A DNA stretch of 49,791 nt, taken from Burkholderiaceae bacterium (lineage in GTDB: Bacteria; Pseudomonadota; Gammaproteobacteria; Burkholderiales; Burkholderiaceae_E). Where the stretch lies: the NCBI GenBank assembly GCA_044356115.1, contig JBIKWU010000001.1:1-49791 (forward strand), written 5' to 3'. The first letter of the stretch is position 1, and the number at the start of each line of letters is the position of its first letter. The notes under the pieces are model-generated. The model searched no databases and was not told the origin of the DNA. It worked only from the letters and a program-made list of their open reading frames with translations. Positions 18,910-28,809 of this stretch are shown piece by piece. The position numbers and the translations under genes were made by a program.

Positions 18910-19722
18910 GTGTCCGATTCCCCCCGAGCTGCCGGTCTGCCGGCCGATGCCCATGGCCACTGCCGCCTCGAGCCCTTCGAGGGCGGCGTGGTGCTGCGCC
19001 TGACCCGTGCGGCCAAGCTCAATGCCATCACGAAGCCCATCCTGCTCGCCCTGGATGCCTGCCTGCGCGACATGGCGGCGGCCGGCCAGCGGCTGCTGAT
19101 CATCACCGGCGAGGGCGAGAAGGCCTTCTGCGCCGGCACCGACCTGGCCGAGACGCAGGCCATGCCGCCCGATGCCCGGCTCGAGAAGAGCGCCATGGCC
19201 CGTGACCTGCTGGTGCGGCTGTCGCGCTCGCCGGTGGTCAGCGTGGCGGCGATCAACGGCCTGGCCTATGGCGGCGGCCTCGAACTGGCGATGGCCTGCA
19301 CGTTGCGCGTGGCCGCGGCCCATGTCCGGGTGTCCTTGCCCGAGATCAAGCTCGGCCTCCTGCCGGCCTATGCCGGCACGCAGTTCCTGCCGGCGCTGGT
19401 CGGGCCCTCGCGCGCCCTCGATCTCATGCTCACCGGGCGCCCGGTGCCGGCCGACGAGGCGCTGGCCATGGGGCTGGTGAACCGGGTGGTGCCCGCCGGC
19501 GAATCGGTGCTCGATCATGCGATCGCCCTGGGCCGCGAGGTGACGCAGTTCAGCCCCGATGCGATCGCCGGCATCCGGCGCTGCGTGGCGGCGGCCGGGC
19601 CGGCGGTGACCGATGCCGGGCTGGCGGTGGAAGACGCGGTGGTGCGGGCGGTGTTCCTCACCGAGAACGCCCGCGAGGGCGTGGCTGCCTTCCTGGAGAA
19701 GCGCCCGGCGGTGTTTCGCTGA
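18910..19722 (+). CDS. Enoyl-CoA hydratase/isomerase
   Basis: AGGAG RBS before GTG 18910. AFCAGTDL, both catalytic glutamates (GGGLELA, PEIKLG) and EGVAAFLEKR. Confidence 0.92.
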   Translation: MSDSPRAAGLPADAHGHCRLEPFEGGVVLRLTRAAKLNAITKPILLALDACLRDMAAAGQRLLIITGEGEKAFCAGTDLAETQAMPPDARLEKSAMARDLLVRLSRSPVVSVAAINGLAYGGGLELAMACTLRVAAAHVRVSLPEIKLGLLPAYAGTQFLPALVGPSRALDLMLTGRPVPADEALAMGLVNRVVPAGESVLDHAIALGREVTQFSPDAIAGIRRCVAAAGPAVTDAGLAVEDAVVRAVFLTENAREGVAAFLEKRPAVFR

Positions 19723-19740
19723 GCCTGTCCCGCGCGGGCC

Positions 19741-21168
19741 TCAGGGCCGCGGATCGATCGGCCCGGCGCCGGGAAAGCGCGCCTCCAGCACCTCGGCCGC
19801 GTCGAGCAGCAGGTCCTCGCGAAACCGCGAGGCCATGAGCTGCACGCCCACCGGCAGGCCCTCGGCCATGCCCACCGGCGCCGAGAGCGCGGGCAGGCCC
19901 AGGGCGGCGGCCGGAAAGAGCGGCGCCTGCGCCCGGAACACGCGGTCGAAGTCACCGCGGCTGCGGGTGTCCAGGCCCTGCTCGAACGGCAACTCGGCGC
20001 TCACCGGGCACAGCACCAGCGGGTGCTCGGCCAGAAAGCGCAGCATGTCGCGCAGCAGCGTGGTTCGGCTGGCGCTGGCCTGCATGAGCTCGAGCGCGCT
20101 CAGGTCCGGCGCCTGGTCGAGCATCCAGGCGAAGGCCTGGCGGATGCCGGCGTCGCCGTGGGCGAAGACCGCTGGCGCCATCAGGTGGCGGGCCTCGCCG
20201 TGCACCAGCCGGTTCCAGAGATCGGCCGCCCGCGCCATGCCGGGGGGCTCGGTCTCGCTCACCGCGTAGCCGGCGTCGGCCAGGGCGTCGGCGGCGCGGC
20301 GCAGGGCGTCGCGCACCGGCGCGCTGGCCGCGGTGCCGGCGGCGTCGAGGGTGAGCGCCACGCGGATCGGCCTGGGCGCCGGGTCGCCGGCCAGCGGGGC
20401 CGGCACCCACCAGGGGTCGCGCAGGTCGGCGGCGGCCATCGCCGCGAGCGCCACCCGCAGGTCGCGCACCGTGCGGGTGAGCGGGCCCTGCACCGACATC
20501 AGCTGCGCGCTGAGCGGACGCTCGGCGCTGGCGGTGGGATTGAAGGCCGGCACCCGCCCGAAGGAGGGCCGCAGCCCGAAGGTGCCGGTGCAGTAGGCCG
20601 GGTAACGGATGGAGCCGCCGATGTCGTTGCCGTGGGCGATCGCGCCGATGCCGGCGGCCAGCGCCGCCGAGGCGCCGCCCGAGGACCCGCCGGGCGTGTG
20701 GCCGCGCGACCAGGGGTTGAGCGTGCGGCCGTGCAGGTCATTCTCGGTGAACCAGCGGAACGAGAAGCCGGGGGTGTTGGTGCGGCCCACCACGATGGCG
20801 CCGGCGCGGCGCAGGTTGGCCACCACCGGGCTGTCGGCCGGCGCGATCAGCTCGCGCCACGCGACCACGCCATTGCTGGTGGCCGAGCCGGCGAGATCGA
20901 CGTTGATCTTGACGGTGACCGGCACGCCGTGCAGCGGCCCGAGCGGCTGGCCCTCGGCCACCGCGCGATCGGCGGCATCGGCCTGCGCGAGCGCGGCGTC
21001 GGCCATCACCTCGACCACGGCATTGAGGGCCGGATTGACCGCGGCGATCCGGTCGAGGCTGGCCTGCACCGCCTCGCGGCTGCTGATCAGGCCGGTGCGG
21101 ACGCCGTGGGCGAGGGCGACCGCATCCCAGGCGTGCAGGGGCGCGGCGGTCGGGGCGGGCTGGGGCAT
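19741..21168 (-). CDS. Amidase (amidase-signature family)
   Basis: Lys-Ser-Ser triad motifs LHGVPVTVK, TPGGSSGG and NDIGGSIRYPA, plus GLPVGVQL. Confidence 0.93.
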   Translation of the reverse strand: MPQPAPTAAPLHAWDAVALAHGVRTGLISSREAVQASLDRIAAVNPALNAVVEVMADAALAQADAADRAVAEGQPLGPLHGVPVTVKINVDLAGSATSNGVVAWRELIAPADSPVVANLRRAGAIVVGRTNTPGFSFRWFTENDLHGRTLNPWSRGHTPGGSSGGASAALAAGIGAIAHGNDIGGSIRYPAYCTGTFGLRPSFGRVPAFNPTASAERPLSAQLMSVQGPLTRTVRDLRVALAAMAAADLRDPWWVPAPLAGDPAPRPIRVALTLDAAGTAASAPVRDALRRAADALADAGYAVSETEPPGMARAADLWNRLVHGEARHLMAPAVFAHGDAGIRQAFAWMLDQAPDLSALELMQASASRTTLLRDMLRFLAEHPLVLCPVSAELPFEQGLDTRSRGDFDRVFRAQAPLFPAAALGLPALSAPVGMAEGLPVGVQLMASRFREDLLLDAAEVLEARFPGAGPIDPRP

Positions 21169-21272
21169 GGCGGTTCTCCTGGCGGGGTGGCCGCCAGTGT
21201 GCCCGATGCCGCGGCGGCCGCGCGCGCCCGGCCCTCGGCTATGATCGGCGGCTGTCCCGCAGGAGCACTCGC

Positions 21273-22250
21273 ATGAACCGTTTCCGACGACTGATCTCGC
21301 TGGGCGCCGCCGGGCTGGCTGCCGGGCGCCACGGCGCCGCGAGCGCGCAGGCCGCGCGCACCCTGCGGGTGATCGTCCCCTTTGCCGCCGGCGGGCCGAT
21401 CGACCTCACCGTGCGCATGCTGGTGGAGAAGGCGCGCGAGTCGCTGGGCACCGTCATCGTCGAGAACCGGCCTGGCGCGGGCGGCGGCATCGGCGTGGCG
21501 GCCGTGGCCCGCGCCGCGCCTGATGGCCAGACCATCGGGGTGGCGGCGGTGGCCATGCACGCGATCAATCCCTGGCTGTTCGCGAAGCTGCCTTACGACC
21601 CCATCCGCGACTTCGCGCCGATCGTGCAGATGGTGCGCATCCCGAACGTGCTGGTGATCAACACCGAGACCGCCGAGCGGCTGCGCATCGGCAGCCTGCG
21701 CGATTTCATCGCCTATGCCCGCGCCAACCCCGCGCGCCTGAACTACGCCAGCGGCGGCAACGGCAGCGCCGGCCACCTGGCGGGCGAGCTCTTCAAGCAG
21801 CGCGCCGGGTTCTTCGCGGTGCACATCCCCTATGCCGGCGGCGGGCCCGCGCAACTCGCCCTGCTCTCCGGGCAGGTGGACTTCTCCCTCGACAACCTCG
21901 CCACGGCTGCGCCCAACCTGCGCGGTGGTCGCATCCGGGCCCTGGCGGTGACCACCGCCCAGCGTTCGCCCTTGCTGCCCGAGGTACCGGCCATCGCCGA
22001 GAGCTATCCGGGTTTCGAGATCGACACCTGGTGGGGCCTCACCGCACCGGCGGGCACCCCGGCCGAGGTGGTGGCGCGCCTGAACGCGGTCTTCGGTGAA
22101 GCGCTGCGCGCGCCCGACATCCAGACCCGCTTCGCCCAGATGATGGCCGAGCCGGTGCCGGGCACGCCGGCGCAGTTCGCGGCGCTCATCGAGCGCGAGT
22201 TGCGGCGCTACGAGCCGGTGGTGAAGGCGAGCGGCGCGAAGGTGGACTGA
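21273..22250 (+). CDS. Bug/TctC substrate-binding protein
   Basis: AGGAG RBS, RR-containing leader, VIVPFAAGGPID, ENRPGAGG, YASGGNGSAGHL and HIPYAGGGPA. Confidence 0.94.
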   Translation: MNRFRRLISLGAAGLAAGRHGAASAQAARTLRVIVPFAAGGPIDLTVRMLVEKARESLGTVIVENRPGAGGGIGVAAVARAAPDGQTIGVAAVAMHAINPWLFAKLPYDPIRDFAPIVQMVRIPNVLVINTETAERLRIGSLRDFIAYARANPARLNYASGGNGSAGHLAGELFKQRAGFFAVHIPYAGGGPAQLALLSGQVDFSLDNLATAAPNLRGGRIRALAVTTAQRSPLLPEVPAIAESYPGFEIDTWWGLTAPAGTPAEVVARLNAVFGEALRAPDIQTRFAQMMAEPVPGTPAQFAALIERELRRYEPVVKASGAKVD

Positions 22251-22269
22251 AGCGCGGCGCCGCTGCCAG

Positions 22270-22321
22270 CGGCTCGGCGCGATGGGCTCAGCCCATCGGC
22301 TTGGCGCGATCGGCTCAGCCC
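22270..22321. repeat. Imperfect 25-bp direct repeat (period 27) with an internal palindrome, between convergent genes
   Basis: CGGCTCGGCGCGATGGGCTCAGCCC (22270-22294) and CGGCTTGGCGCGATCGGCTCAGCCC (22297-22321) differ at 2 positions. CGATGGGC-tca-GCCCATCG forms a hairpin across the junction. Confidence 0.7.
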
Positions 22322-23337
22322 GCCTGGCCGAGCAGTCGGCCCCGGCGCGCGAGCATGGGCACCCAGGCCGACGCGTTCACCAGGTGCCGTGGGCGTTGCC
22401 CGCCGAGCAGCACCGCCTCCAGGGCCTCGATGACGCTGCGGCCGTTGCGCTCGGCGGCATCGGCGGTATGGCCGGCAAGATGCGGCGTGACCACCAGGTT
22501 GGGCAGATCGGGCAGGCCGGTGCCCTGGCGCCCCTGGCGATCGGTGATGACATCGAGCGCCGCGCCGCCGAGATGGCCGCCGCGCAGCGCGGCGATCAGC
22601 GCGGCTTCGTCGACCACCTCGCCACGCGAGGCATTCACGAACAGCGCGCCCGGCTTCATGGTGGCGATGACCTCGGCGCTGATCAGCCCGCGGGTCTGGT
22701 CGGTGAGCGGCACGCAGGGCACCAGCACATCGGCCTGCGCCACGCACTGCGCGAAGTCCTGAGCGCGGACGAAAGCGGGCAGTCGCGCCGGGCTGCGGGT
22801 ATGCGCGCTCACCCGCGTGCCCAGGCCGGCGTGCAGCATGGTGGCCAGCGCGCCGCCGATGGCGCCGCAGCCGATCAACCCCACCTGCCGGCCGGCCAGA
22901 TCGTGGGCACGGCCCGAGAAGGCCGCGCGGGTGGCGGCCCAGCCCTGGCTGCGCATCGAGGCGCCGATCTGCGGCAGGCTGTGCAGCAGCGCCAGGATCT
23001 GCGCCACGCACCACTCGGCCACGCTGGTGGCATTGCCCCCGGGCACGTTGCTCACCGTGACGCCATGCAGTGTGCAGGCGGCCATGGGAATGACGTCGAG
23101 ACCCACGCCGTGCCGCGCCAGATGCAGCAGGCTGGGGGCGAGCGCGCAGGTCTCGGCCGGCAGATCGTCGCGGACGATGACCGCGTGCGGGTCGAACGCG
23201 GCCAGCGCCTGGGCGATCGCCTCGACATGCGGCGCGGGTGACACGCGCAGCTCGAAGCGCTCGGCCAGCGTCGCGGCGATCGCCGGGCCGAGCGGGCGCG
23301 TGCTCAGCACCCGCGGGCGGGGCGCCAGTGCGCTCAC
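22315..23337 (-). CDS. D-isomer-specific 2-hydroxyacid dehydrogenase family
   Basis: The GTG at 23337 overlaps the upstream TGA. RHGVGLD, NATSVAE, GCGAIG, NASRGEVVDE and TPHLAG. Confidence 0.9.
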   Translation of the reverse strand: MSALAPRPRVLSTRPLGPAIAATLAERFELRVSPAPHVEAIAQALAAFDPHAVIVRDDLPAETCALAPSLLHLARHGVGLDVIPMAACTLHGVTVSNVPGGNATSVAEWCVAQILALLHSLPQIGASMRSQGWAATRAAFSGRAHDLAGRQVGLIGCGAIGGALATMLHAGLGTRVSAHTRSPARLPAFVRAQDFAQCVAQADVLVPCVPLTDQTRGLISAEVIATMKPGALFVNASRGEVVDEAALIAALRGGHLGGAALDVITDRQGRQGTGLPDLPNLVVTPHLAGHTADAAERNGRSVIEALEAVLLGGQRPRHLVNASAWVPMLARRGRLLGQAG

Positions 23338-24419
23338 TCCGGCTGGATCCCGGTCTCGCGGATCACCGCGCGCCACTTGTCGATCTCGGCCCGCACGTGC
23401 GCGGCGAATCGTTCAGGCGTGCCGCCGACCGGATCGGCGCCATTGGCGACCATGCGGGCCTGCACCGCGGGATCGCGCAGGGCCTCGTTGACGAGGCTGT
23501 TGACCGACTCGATCGCCACGGCCGGCGTGCCGCGCGGGCCGAAGAACCCGAACCAGGAGCCGGAGTCGAAGCTGGCGAGCTTCTTCTCCTGCAGGGTGGG
23601 CACCTCGGGCAGCGCACGCGAGCGGGCGTCGCCGGTGACCGCCAGCGCCCGCACCGTGCCGGCCTTGATCAGGCCGATCACCGAGGGTCCGGTGGCGAAC
23701 ATGAACTGGATGCGGCCGCCGACCAGGTCGCGCAGGGCCTCGGCGCCGCGGTAGGGCACATGCTGCGGACGGGTGCCGGTGCGCAGGCCGAAGAGCGCCC
23801 CGGTGAGGTGGGCGGCGGTGCCGATGCCGGTGGAGCCGTAGTTCATGGCGTCGGGCTGGCGGCGCATGAGGGCGATGAACTCCTCGACCGTCTGCGCCGG
23901 CACGCCGGGATGCACCACCAGCACGTTGCAGACATCGGCGATCAGCACGATGGGGACCAGATCGGTGAGCGGGTTGTAGGGCAGTCTGGGCACCAGCGAG
24001 GGGCTGACCGCGATCGGCCCCACCGAGGCGCACAGCAGGGTGTGGCCGTCGGGCACGGCCTGCGCGGCCTGGGCCGTGCCGAGATTGCCGCCGGCGCCGG
24101 CCTTGTTCTCGGGCACCACCGGCACCTTCCAGCGATCGGCGAAGCGCGCAGCCATCTCGCGCGCCAGGATGTCGGTGGTGCCGCCGGCGCTGAAGGGGAT
24201 GATGATGCGCACCGCGCGCGAGGGATAGCCGCCGGCCGCGCCGGTCTGCGCGCGTGACGCGCCGGGCAGGGCCGTGAGGCCGCCGAGCGCGGCCAGGGCG
24301 CCCAGCGCGTGGCGGCGGGCGTGGTCGGGTGGCGCGAGGCGACCGACCGGATCGGCGCGGGTGATGCGGTGGTCGCGGCTGGCGAACGAACGGGGCATGC
24401 GCGTGTCGGGGGGCGGCAT
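23334..24419 (-). CDS. Bug/TctC substrate-binding protein (start uncertain)
   Basis: RRHALGALAALG leader, YPSRAVRIIIPFSAGGTTD, ENKAGAGG, YGSTGIGTAAHL and C-terminal GIQPE. Confidence 0.92.
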   Translation of the reverse strand: MPPPDTRMPRSFASRDHRITRADPVGRLAPPDHARRHALGALAALGGLTALPGASRAQTGAAGGYPSRAVRIIIPFSAGGTTDILAREMAARFADRWKVPVVPENKAGAGGNLGTAQAAQAVPDGHTLLCASVGPIAVSPSLVPRLPYNPLTDLVPIVLIADVCNVLVVHPGVPAQTVEEFIALMRRQPDAMNYGSTGIGTAAHLTGALFGLRTGTRPQHVPYRGAEALRDLVGGRIQFMFATGPSVIGLIKAGTVRALAVTGDARSRALPEVPTLQEKKLASFDSGSWFGFFGPRGTPAVAIESVNSLVNEALRDPAVQARMVANGADPVGGTPERFAAHVRAEIDKWRAVIRETGIQPE

Positions 24420-24422
24420 GGC

Positions 24423-25757
24423 TCAGACCGGAAAGCGCGAGCCGGTTTGGTCCAGTGCCCAGAGCGCGGCCAGCCAGTCGCGGGCGCGGGCCGTCCCGAG
24501 CACCGGCGCGGCGAGCTCCAGGAACTTGTCGTCCAGATCGCGGTCGGAGAGCGGCGCGTCGGGGTCGCCGATGCGGGTGGGCTGGAAGAAGCTCGCCTGC
24601 CGGCCGTCGCGGGTGACGAAGCCGATTCTCGCCGCGCGCTGGCCGGGGAAGGCGCGGTCGCACTCGGGATCGACCTCGGTGCGGATGCGGGCCATGAGCG
24701 CGCGGATCGCCGGGCTCGCCAGGCGATCGGGGCTCATGGCATCAAGACGCACGCTGCCATGCAGCAGCGCGCTGGCGACCACGAAGCGCAGGCTGAAGCG
24801 CGCCTCGGCCTCGGTGCGCGGATCGGCGATGTCGGCCACCGCCAGCGCCTCGCCGTAGGTGGCCACCGTGATCCCGGTGATGTCATCGGGTGCGATGTCG
24901 AGCTGGCTTTGCAGCGCCCGCGCGCCGTCGATGGCCGCGAAGGCATGCCCGCAGCAGCCGTGGTTCTTGAAGGTCATGGCGGTGATGTTCCAGCGCTCGC
25001 CGAGATCGCGGGTGGCCTCGGCCCAGGAGGGTGCATTGCTCATGGCCGCGCCCAGGCCGGCCTCGCCGTCGAGCACGTCGGGCGAGCCGAGCACGCCGGC
25101 GCCGGCGAGCAGGGCGGCCTGCACGCCCGCCTGCGCGGCGCGGCCGGCGTGCAGCGGCTTGGCATGCGAGTCGCTGCGAAAGGCCTGCTGCAGGCCCGCG
25201 GCGAAGGTGGCGGTCGTGGCCAGGGCATGCGCGTGCTGCTCGGCGCTCAGGCCCAGCAGCACGCCGGCGGCCGGCGTGGCGCCGAAGCAGCCCACGGTGC
25301 CGGTGTTGTGCCAGTAGCGGTAATGCGCGCGGCCCATCACCGCGCCGATGCGGGTGGAGATCTCGTAGCCGGCGATCACGGCCCGCAGCAGGGCAGGGCC
25401 GTCGGCGTGGCGCGATGGCGCCACGGCGAGCGCGGCGGCGATGGTCGGCGCGCCGGGGTGGTAGATGGCCTCCTTGTAGATGTCGTCGAACTCGACGGTG
25501 TGGGCGGCGGTGCCATTGATGAGGGCGGCGGTGGCCGTGGTGGCGCGACGCCCGAGCAGCAGCCGCGAGGCGCCGGTGTCGAGCTCCTCGGCGAGCGCCT
25601 GCGACATCAGGGTGACCGGCGGACACACCGAGCCGGCCACCGCGCAGGCGGTCCAGTCGATGACCGCGCGGCGGGCGTGGTGCCACACCGCCTCGGGCAG
25701 CGGACGGTGGGCGGTGTCGGCCGCGAAGGCTCCGAAGTCGGTCAGCAGGCGGCTCAT
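24423..25757 (-). CDS. MmgE/PrpD family protein
   Basis: AALINGTAAHTVEFDD, YHPG, GYEI, WHNTGT, KPLHAG, FKNHGCCGH and ARFS. Confidence 0.92.
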   Translation of the reverse strand: MSRLLTDFGAFAADTAHRPLPEAVWHHARRAVIDWTACAVAGSVCPPVTLMSQALAEELDTGASRLLLGRRATTATAALINGTAAHTVEFDDIYKEAIYHPGAPTIAAALAVAPSRHADGPALLRAVIAGYEISTRIGAVMGRAHYRYWHNTGTVGCFGATPAAGVLLGLSAEQHAHALATTATFAAGLQQAFRSDSHAKPLHAGRAAQAGVQAALLAGAGVLGSPDVLDGEAGLGAAMSNAPSWAEATRDLGERWNITAMTFKNHGCCGHAFAAIDGARALQSQLDIAPDDITGITVATYGEALAVADIADPRTEAEARFSLRFVVASALLHGSVRLDAMSPDRLASPAIRALMARIRTEVDPECDRAFPGQRAARIGFVTRDGRQASFFQPTRIGDPDAPLSDRDLDDKFLELAAPVLGTARARDWLAALWALDQTGSRFPV

Positions 25758-25781
25758 GGCGGGGAGGGCGGCCGGCGCCGC

Positions 25782-26630
25782 TCAGGTCCGGTAGGAGGGA
25801 TCGATGCGGTCGGCCAGCCGGCGCATGGCCGGCCACTCGAGCACGCCGTAGGGCCGACGGGTGCCGGGCCGGTAGGCGTGGTGGGTCTTCTCGATGACCT
25901 CGGGCGGGGGCATGACCAGGCCCTGGCCGGCAGCCTGGGCCATGAGTTGCGCGCGGCACGCCCGCTCGACCCGGTAGGTGTTGTTGAAGGCCTCGGCGAT
26001 GCTGCGGCCCACGGTGAGCACGCCGTGGTTGCGCAGGAACATGAGGTCGGCGTCGCCGAGATCGCGCACCAGACGCTCGCGCTCGTCGGGGTCGACCGCC
26101 ACGCCCTCGTAGTCGTGATAGGCGACCTTGTCGAAGCGCATGGCGGTCTGGGTGATGGGCAGCAGACCGCCGGGCAGGGCCGACACCGCCATGGTGGCCA
26201 GCGAGTGGGTGTGCACCACGCCGTGCACCTCGGGCAGCGCGGCGTGGATGGCGGCGTGGATCACCCAGCCCGCCGGGTTGAAGCGATAGCCCAGGCCGGG
26301 CGGGAACTCGGGCGCCCAGAGCACCTCGCCGGCGAGGTTGATGCGCACCAGCGACGAGGCGGTGATCTCGTCGTAGGTGAGCCCGAAGGCATTGAGCAGG
26401 AACTCCTCGGTGCCGGGAATCTTCACCGAGATGTGGTTGTAGATGAGGTCGTCCATCCCGAAGTGCTTCACCAGCCGGTAGGCGCAGGCGCAGTCCACGC
26501 GCGCGGCCCATTCCTGCGGGCTGACCTGATCGCGGATCGAGGCGAGCCGCAGCGGCGGGTAGTCGGGATCGGGCTGCAGCACCGGATACGCGCTGCGCAC
26601 GTCGGCCAGCGCGGCATGGGCCTCAGTCAT
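25782..26630 (-). CDS. Class II aldolase/adducin family protein
   Basis: ATG at 26630. DDLIYNHIS, YDEITASSL, IHAAIH, VHTHS and LRNHG metal-binding motifs. Confidence 0.92.
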   Translation of the reverse strand: MTEAHAALADVRSAYPVLQPDPDYPPLRLASIRDQVSPQEWAARVDCACAYRLVKHFGMDDLIYNHISVKIPGTEEFLLNAFGLTYDEITASSLVRINLAGEVLWAPEFPPGLGYRFNPAGWVIHAAIHAALPEVHGVVHTHSLATMAVSALPGGLLPITQTAMRFDKVAYHDYEGVAVDPDERERLVRDLGDADLMFLRNHGVLTVGRSIAEAFNNTYRVERACRAQLMAQAAGQGLVMPPPEVIEKTHHAYRPGTRRPYGVLEWPAMRRLADRIDPSYRT

Positions 26631-27942
26631 GGTCGTGGGCGTCCGAGGGGGCGGGAGCGAGCGGCGCCAGCCGGCTGGCCAGCACCTTGTCGATGCGCTT
26701 GTTGTCCATGTCGACCACCTCGAAGCGCCAGTCCTGCCAGTCGATGCGGTCACCGGTGTTGGGCACCCGGCCCAGCAGCAGCATCACCATGCCGCTCAGG
26801 GTGTGGTAGCGGCCCTTGTCCTCCTCGGGCAGCTCCGCCAGACCAAGCCGGTCCTTGAGTTCGGGCAGCGGGATCAGGCCATCGAGCAGCCACGAGCCGT
26901 CATCGCGCTGCATGGCCCAGGCGTCCTCGGCGCGGTGCGGCTTGAACTCGCCGGTGATCGCCTCGAGCACGTCCTGCAGCGTGACCAGCCCCTGGATCTC
27001 GCCGTACTCGTCGATGACCAGCGCGAGCTGGACATTGTTGGAGCGGAAGTTCTCGAGCAGTTCCATGCCGGTCTGGGTCTCGGGCACGAAGACCGCGGGC
27101 AGCAGGTCGCGGGCAAGGTCGGCGCGCTCGCCGCGCAGGGTCTGCGCCAGCACCTGACGGGCGGTGGCGATGCCCAGCACCGTGCCCGGCCCGCCCTGGC
27201 AGACCGGAAAGCGGCTGTGCTCGGCGCGTTCGATCTTCTGGAGGTTGTCCTCGAGGGGGTCGTCGATGTCGAGCCAGACGATGTCGGCGCGCGGGATCAT
27301 CAGCGAGGTGATCTGGCGGTCATCGAGCCGGAACACGTTGCGCACCATCTGGTGCTCCTGGCGCTCGATGACGCCGGCGTCGGAGCCTTCGGCGAGCATG
27401 GCCTGGATGTCCTCCTCGGTGACGGCGCTCTGCGAGCCGGCGCGCACGCCGAACAGGCGCAGCGTGAGGTCGGTGGACAGGCTGAGCAGGCGCACGAAGG
27501 GCTTGGTGAGGATGGCCAGGGCCTGCAGCGGTCGTGCCACCACCCGGGCGATCGGCTCGGGGTTGATCTGGCCAAGTCGCTTGGGCAGCAGCTCGCCGAT
27601 CACGATGGAGAAGTAGGTGATGCTCAGCACCACCAGCGCGGTGGCGCCGATCTCGCTGGCGCCGCGCTCCAGGCCGAGGCTCTGGAGCCAGAGCGCGAAG
27701 GGCGTGGCCAGCGCCGCCTCCCCGACGATGCCGTTGAGCACGCCGATCGAGGTGATGCCGATCTGGATGGTGGACAGGAAGCGGGTGGGGTCCTGTCCGA
27801 GGGTGAGCGCGGTGGCGGCGCCGGCGTCGCCGGCATCGGCCATCTTCTGCAGACGGGTGCGGCGCGCGGTGACGAGTGCGATCTCGGCCATGGCGAGCAT
27901 CCCGTTGAGCAGGATGAGGCCGAGCAGGACGACGATTTCCAT
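26623..27942 (-). CDS. Hemolysin-family CNNM(DUF21)-CBS-CorC membrane protein
   Basis: ATG at 27942. AEIALV, FLSTIQIGIT, GELLPK, MIPRADI, HSRFPV, VIDEYG, DVLEAITGE, YHTLSG and FEVVDMDNKRIDKV. Confidence 0.94.
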   Translation of the reverse strand: MEIVVLLGLILLNGMLAMAEIALVTARRTRLQKMADAGDAGAATALTLGQDPTRFLSTIQIGITSIGVLNGIVGEAALATPFALWLQSLGLERGASEIGATALVVLSITYFSIVIGELLPKRLGQINPEPIARVVARPLQALAILTKPFVRLLSLSTDLTLRLFGVRAGSQSAVTEEDIQAMLAEGSDAGVIERQEHQMVRNVFRLDDRQITSLMIPRADIVWLDIDDPLEDNLQKIERAEHSRFPVCQGGPGTVLGIATARQVLAQTLRGERADLARDLLPAVFVPETQTGMELLENFRSNNVQLALVIDEYGEIQGLVTLQDVLEAITGEFKPHRAEDAWAMQRDDGSWLLDGLIPLPELKDRLGLAELPEEDKGRYHTLSGMVMLLLGRVPNTGDRIDWQDWRFEVVDMDNKRIDKVLASRLAPLAPAPSDAHDHD

Positions 27943-28075
27943 GGGGTGGGCGCCTGCGGGGCGCCCCGGCGGTTTCGGAATCGGCATTGTCGCAGGCCGC
28001 GGGCCCCTCGCGCAAAGCCGCCCGGCGCCGGTGACGGGCCTACACTGCCCGCACCACGCTGGCGAGGAGGCCGAC

Positions 28076-28807
28076 ATGATCGAGCATCACCTGGACATCC
28101 CGACCCCCGACGGGGCCATGAACACCTTCTACGTGTACCCCGACGAGGGCGGTCCGCACCCGGTGGTGCTGTTCTACATGGACGCGCCCGGCAAGCGCGA
28201 GGAACTGCACGACATGGCGCGGCGCATCGCCTCGGTGGGCTACGCGGTGATCCTGCCCAACCTCTATTACCGCCGCACCCGGGAGTTCGTGATGGTGCGC
28301 GACGAGGCCGGCTTCAAGCGCATGTTCGAGATGATGGACCACCTCAGCAATGCGCTGATCGCGAGCGACACCGGCGCGCTGCTGCGCTTCATCGACTCGC
28401 GGCCCGAACTGCGTCACGACCGCGTGGGCGTGGTCGGCTACTGCATGAGCGGACCGTTCTCGGTGACCGCCGCGGCCAACCATGCCGATCGCATCTCGTG
28501 CATCGCCTCGATCTACGGTGCCCGCATGGTCACCGACAAGCCCGACTCGCCCCACCGGGTGCTCGATCGGGTGCGCTGCGAGTCGTACTTCGCCTGCGCC
28601 GAGATCGACCAGTACGCGCCGCGCGAGATGGTCGATACCCTCGAGACGGCGCTCAAGGCCGCGGGCACCCCCTATCGGCTGGAGTGGTACCCGGGCGCCC
28701 AGCACGGCTTCGCCTTCCCGCTGCGCGCCGGCATCTACGACAAGCCCAGCGCCGAGCGGCACTGGCAGCGGCTGTTCTCGCTCTTCGAGCGCAACCTGAA
28801 GCGCTGA
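28076..28807 (+). CDS. Dienelactone hydrolase family protein
   Basis: GAGGAGG RBS before ATG 28076. MDAPGKR, PNLYYR, Cys nucleophile GYCMSG and YPGAQHGFAF. Confidence 0.92.
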   Translation: MIEHHLDIPTPDGAMNTFYVYPDEGGPHPVVLFYMDAPGKREELHDMARRIASVGYAVILPNLYYRRTREFVMVRDEAGFKRMFEMMDHLSNALIASDTGALLRFIDSRPELRHDRVGVVGYCMSGPFSVTAAANHADRISCIASIYGARMVTDKPDSPHRVLDRVRCESYFACAEIDQYAPREMVDTLETALKAAGTPYRLEWYPGAQHGFAFPLRAGIYDKPSAERHWQRLFSLFERNLKR

Positions 28808-28809
28808 GC

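Noticed and set aside
26623-27942. Hemolysin toxin
   Set aside because: The name is historical. The DUF21-CBS-CorC architecture indicates a metal-homeostasis membrane protein.
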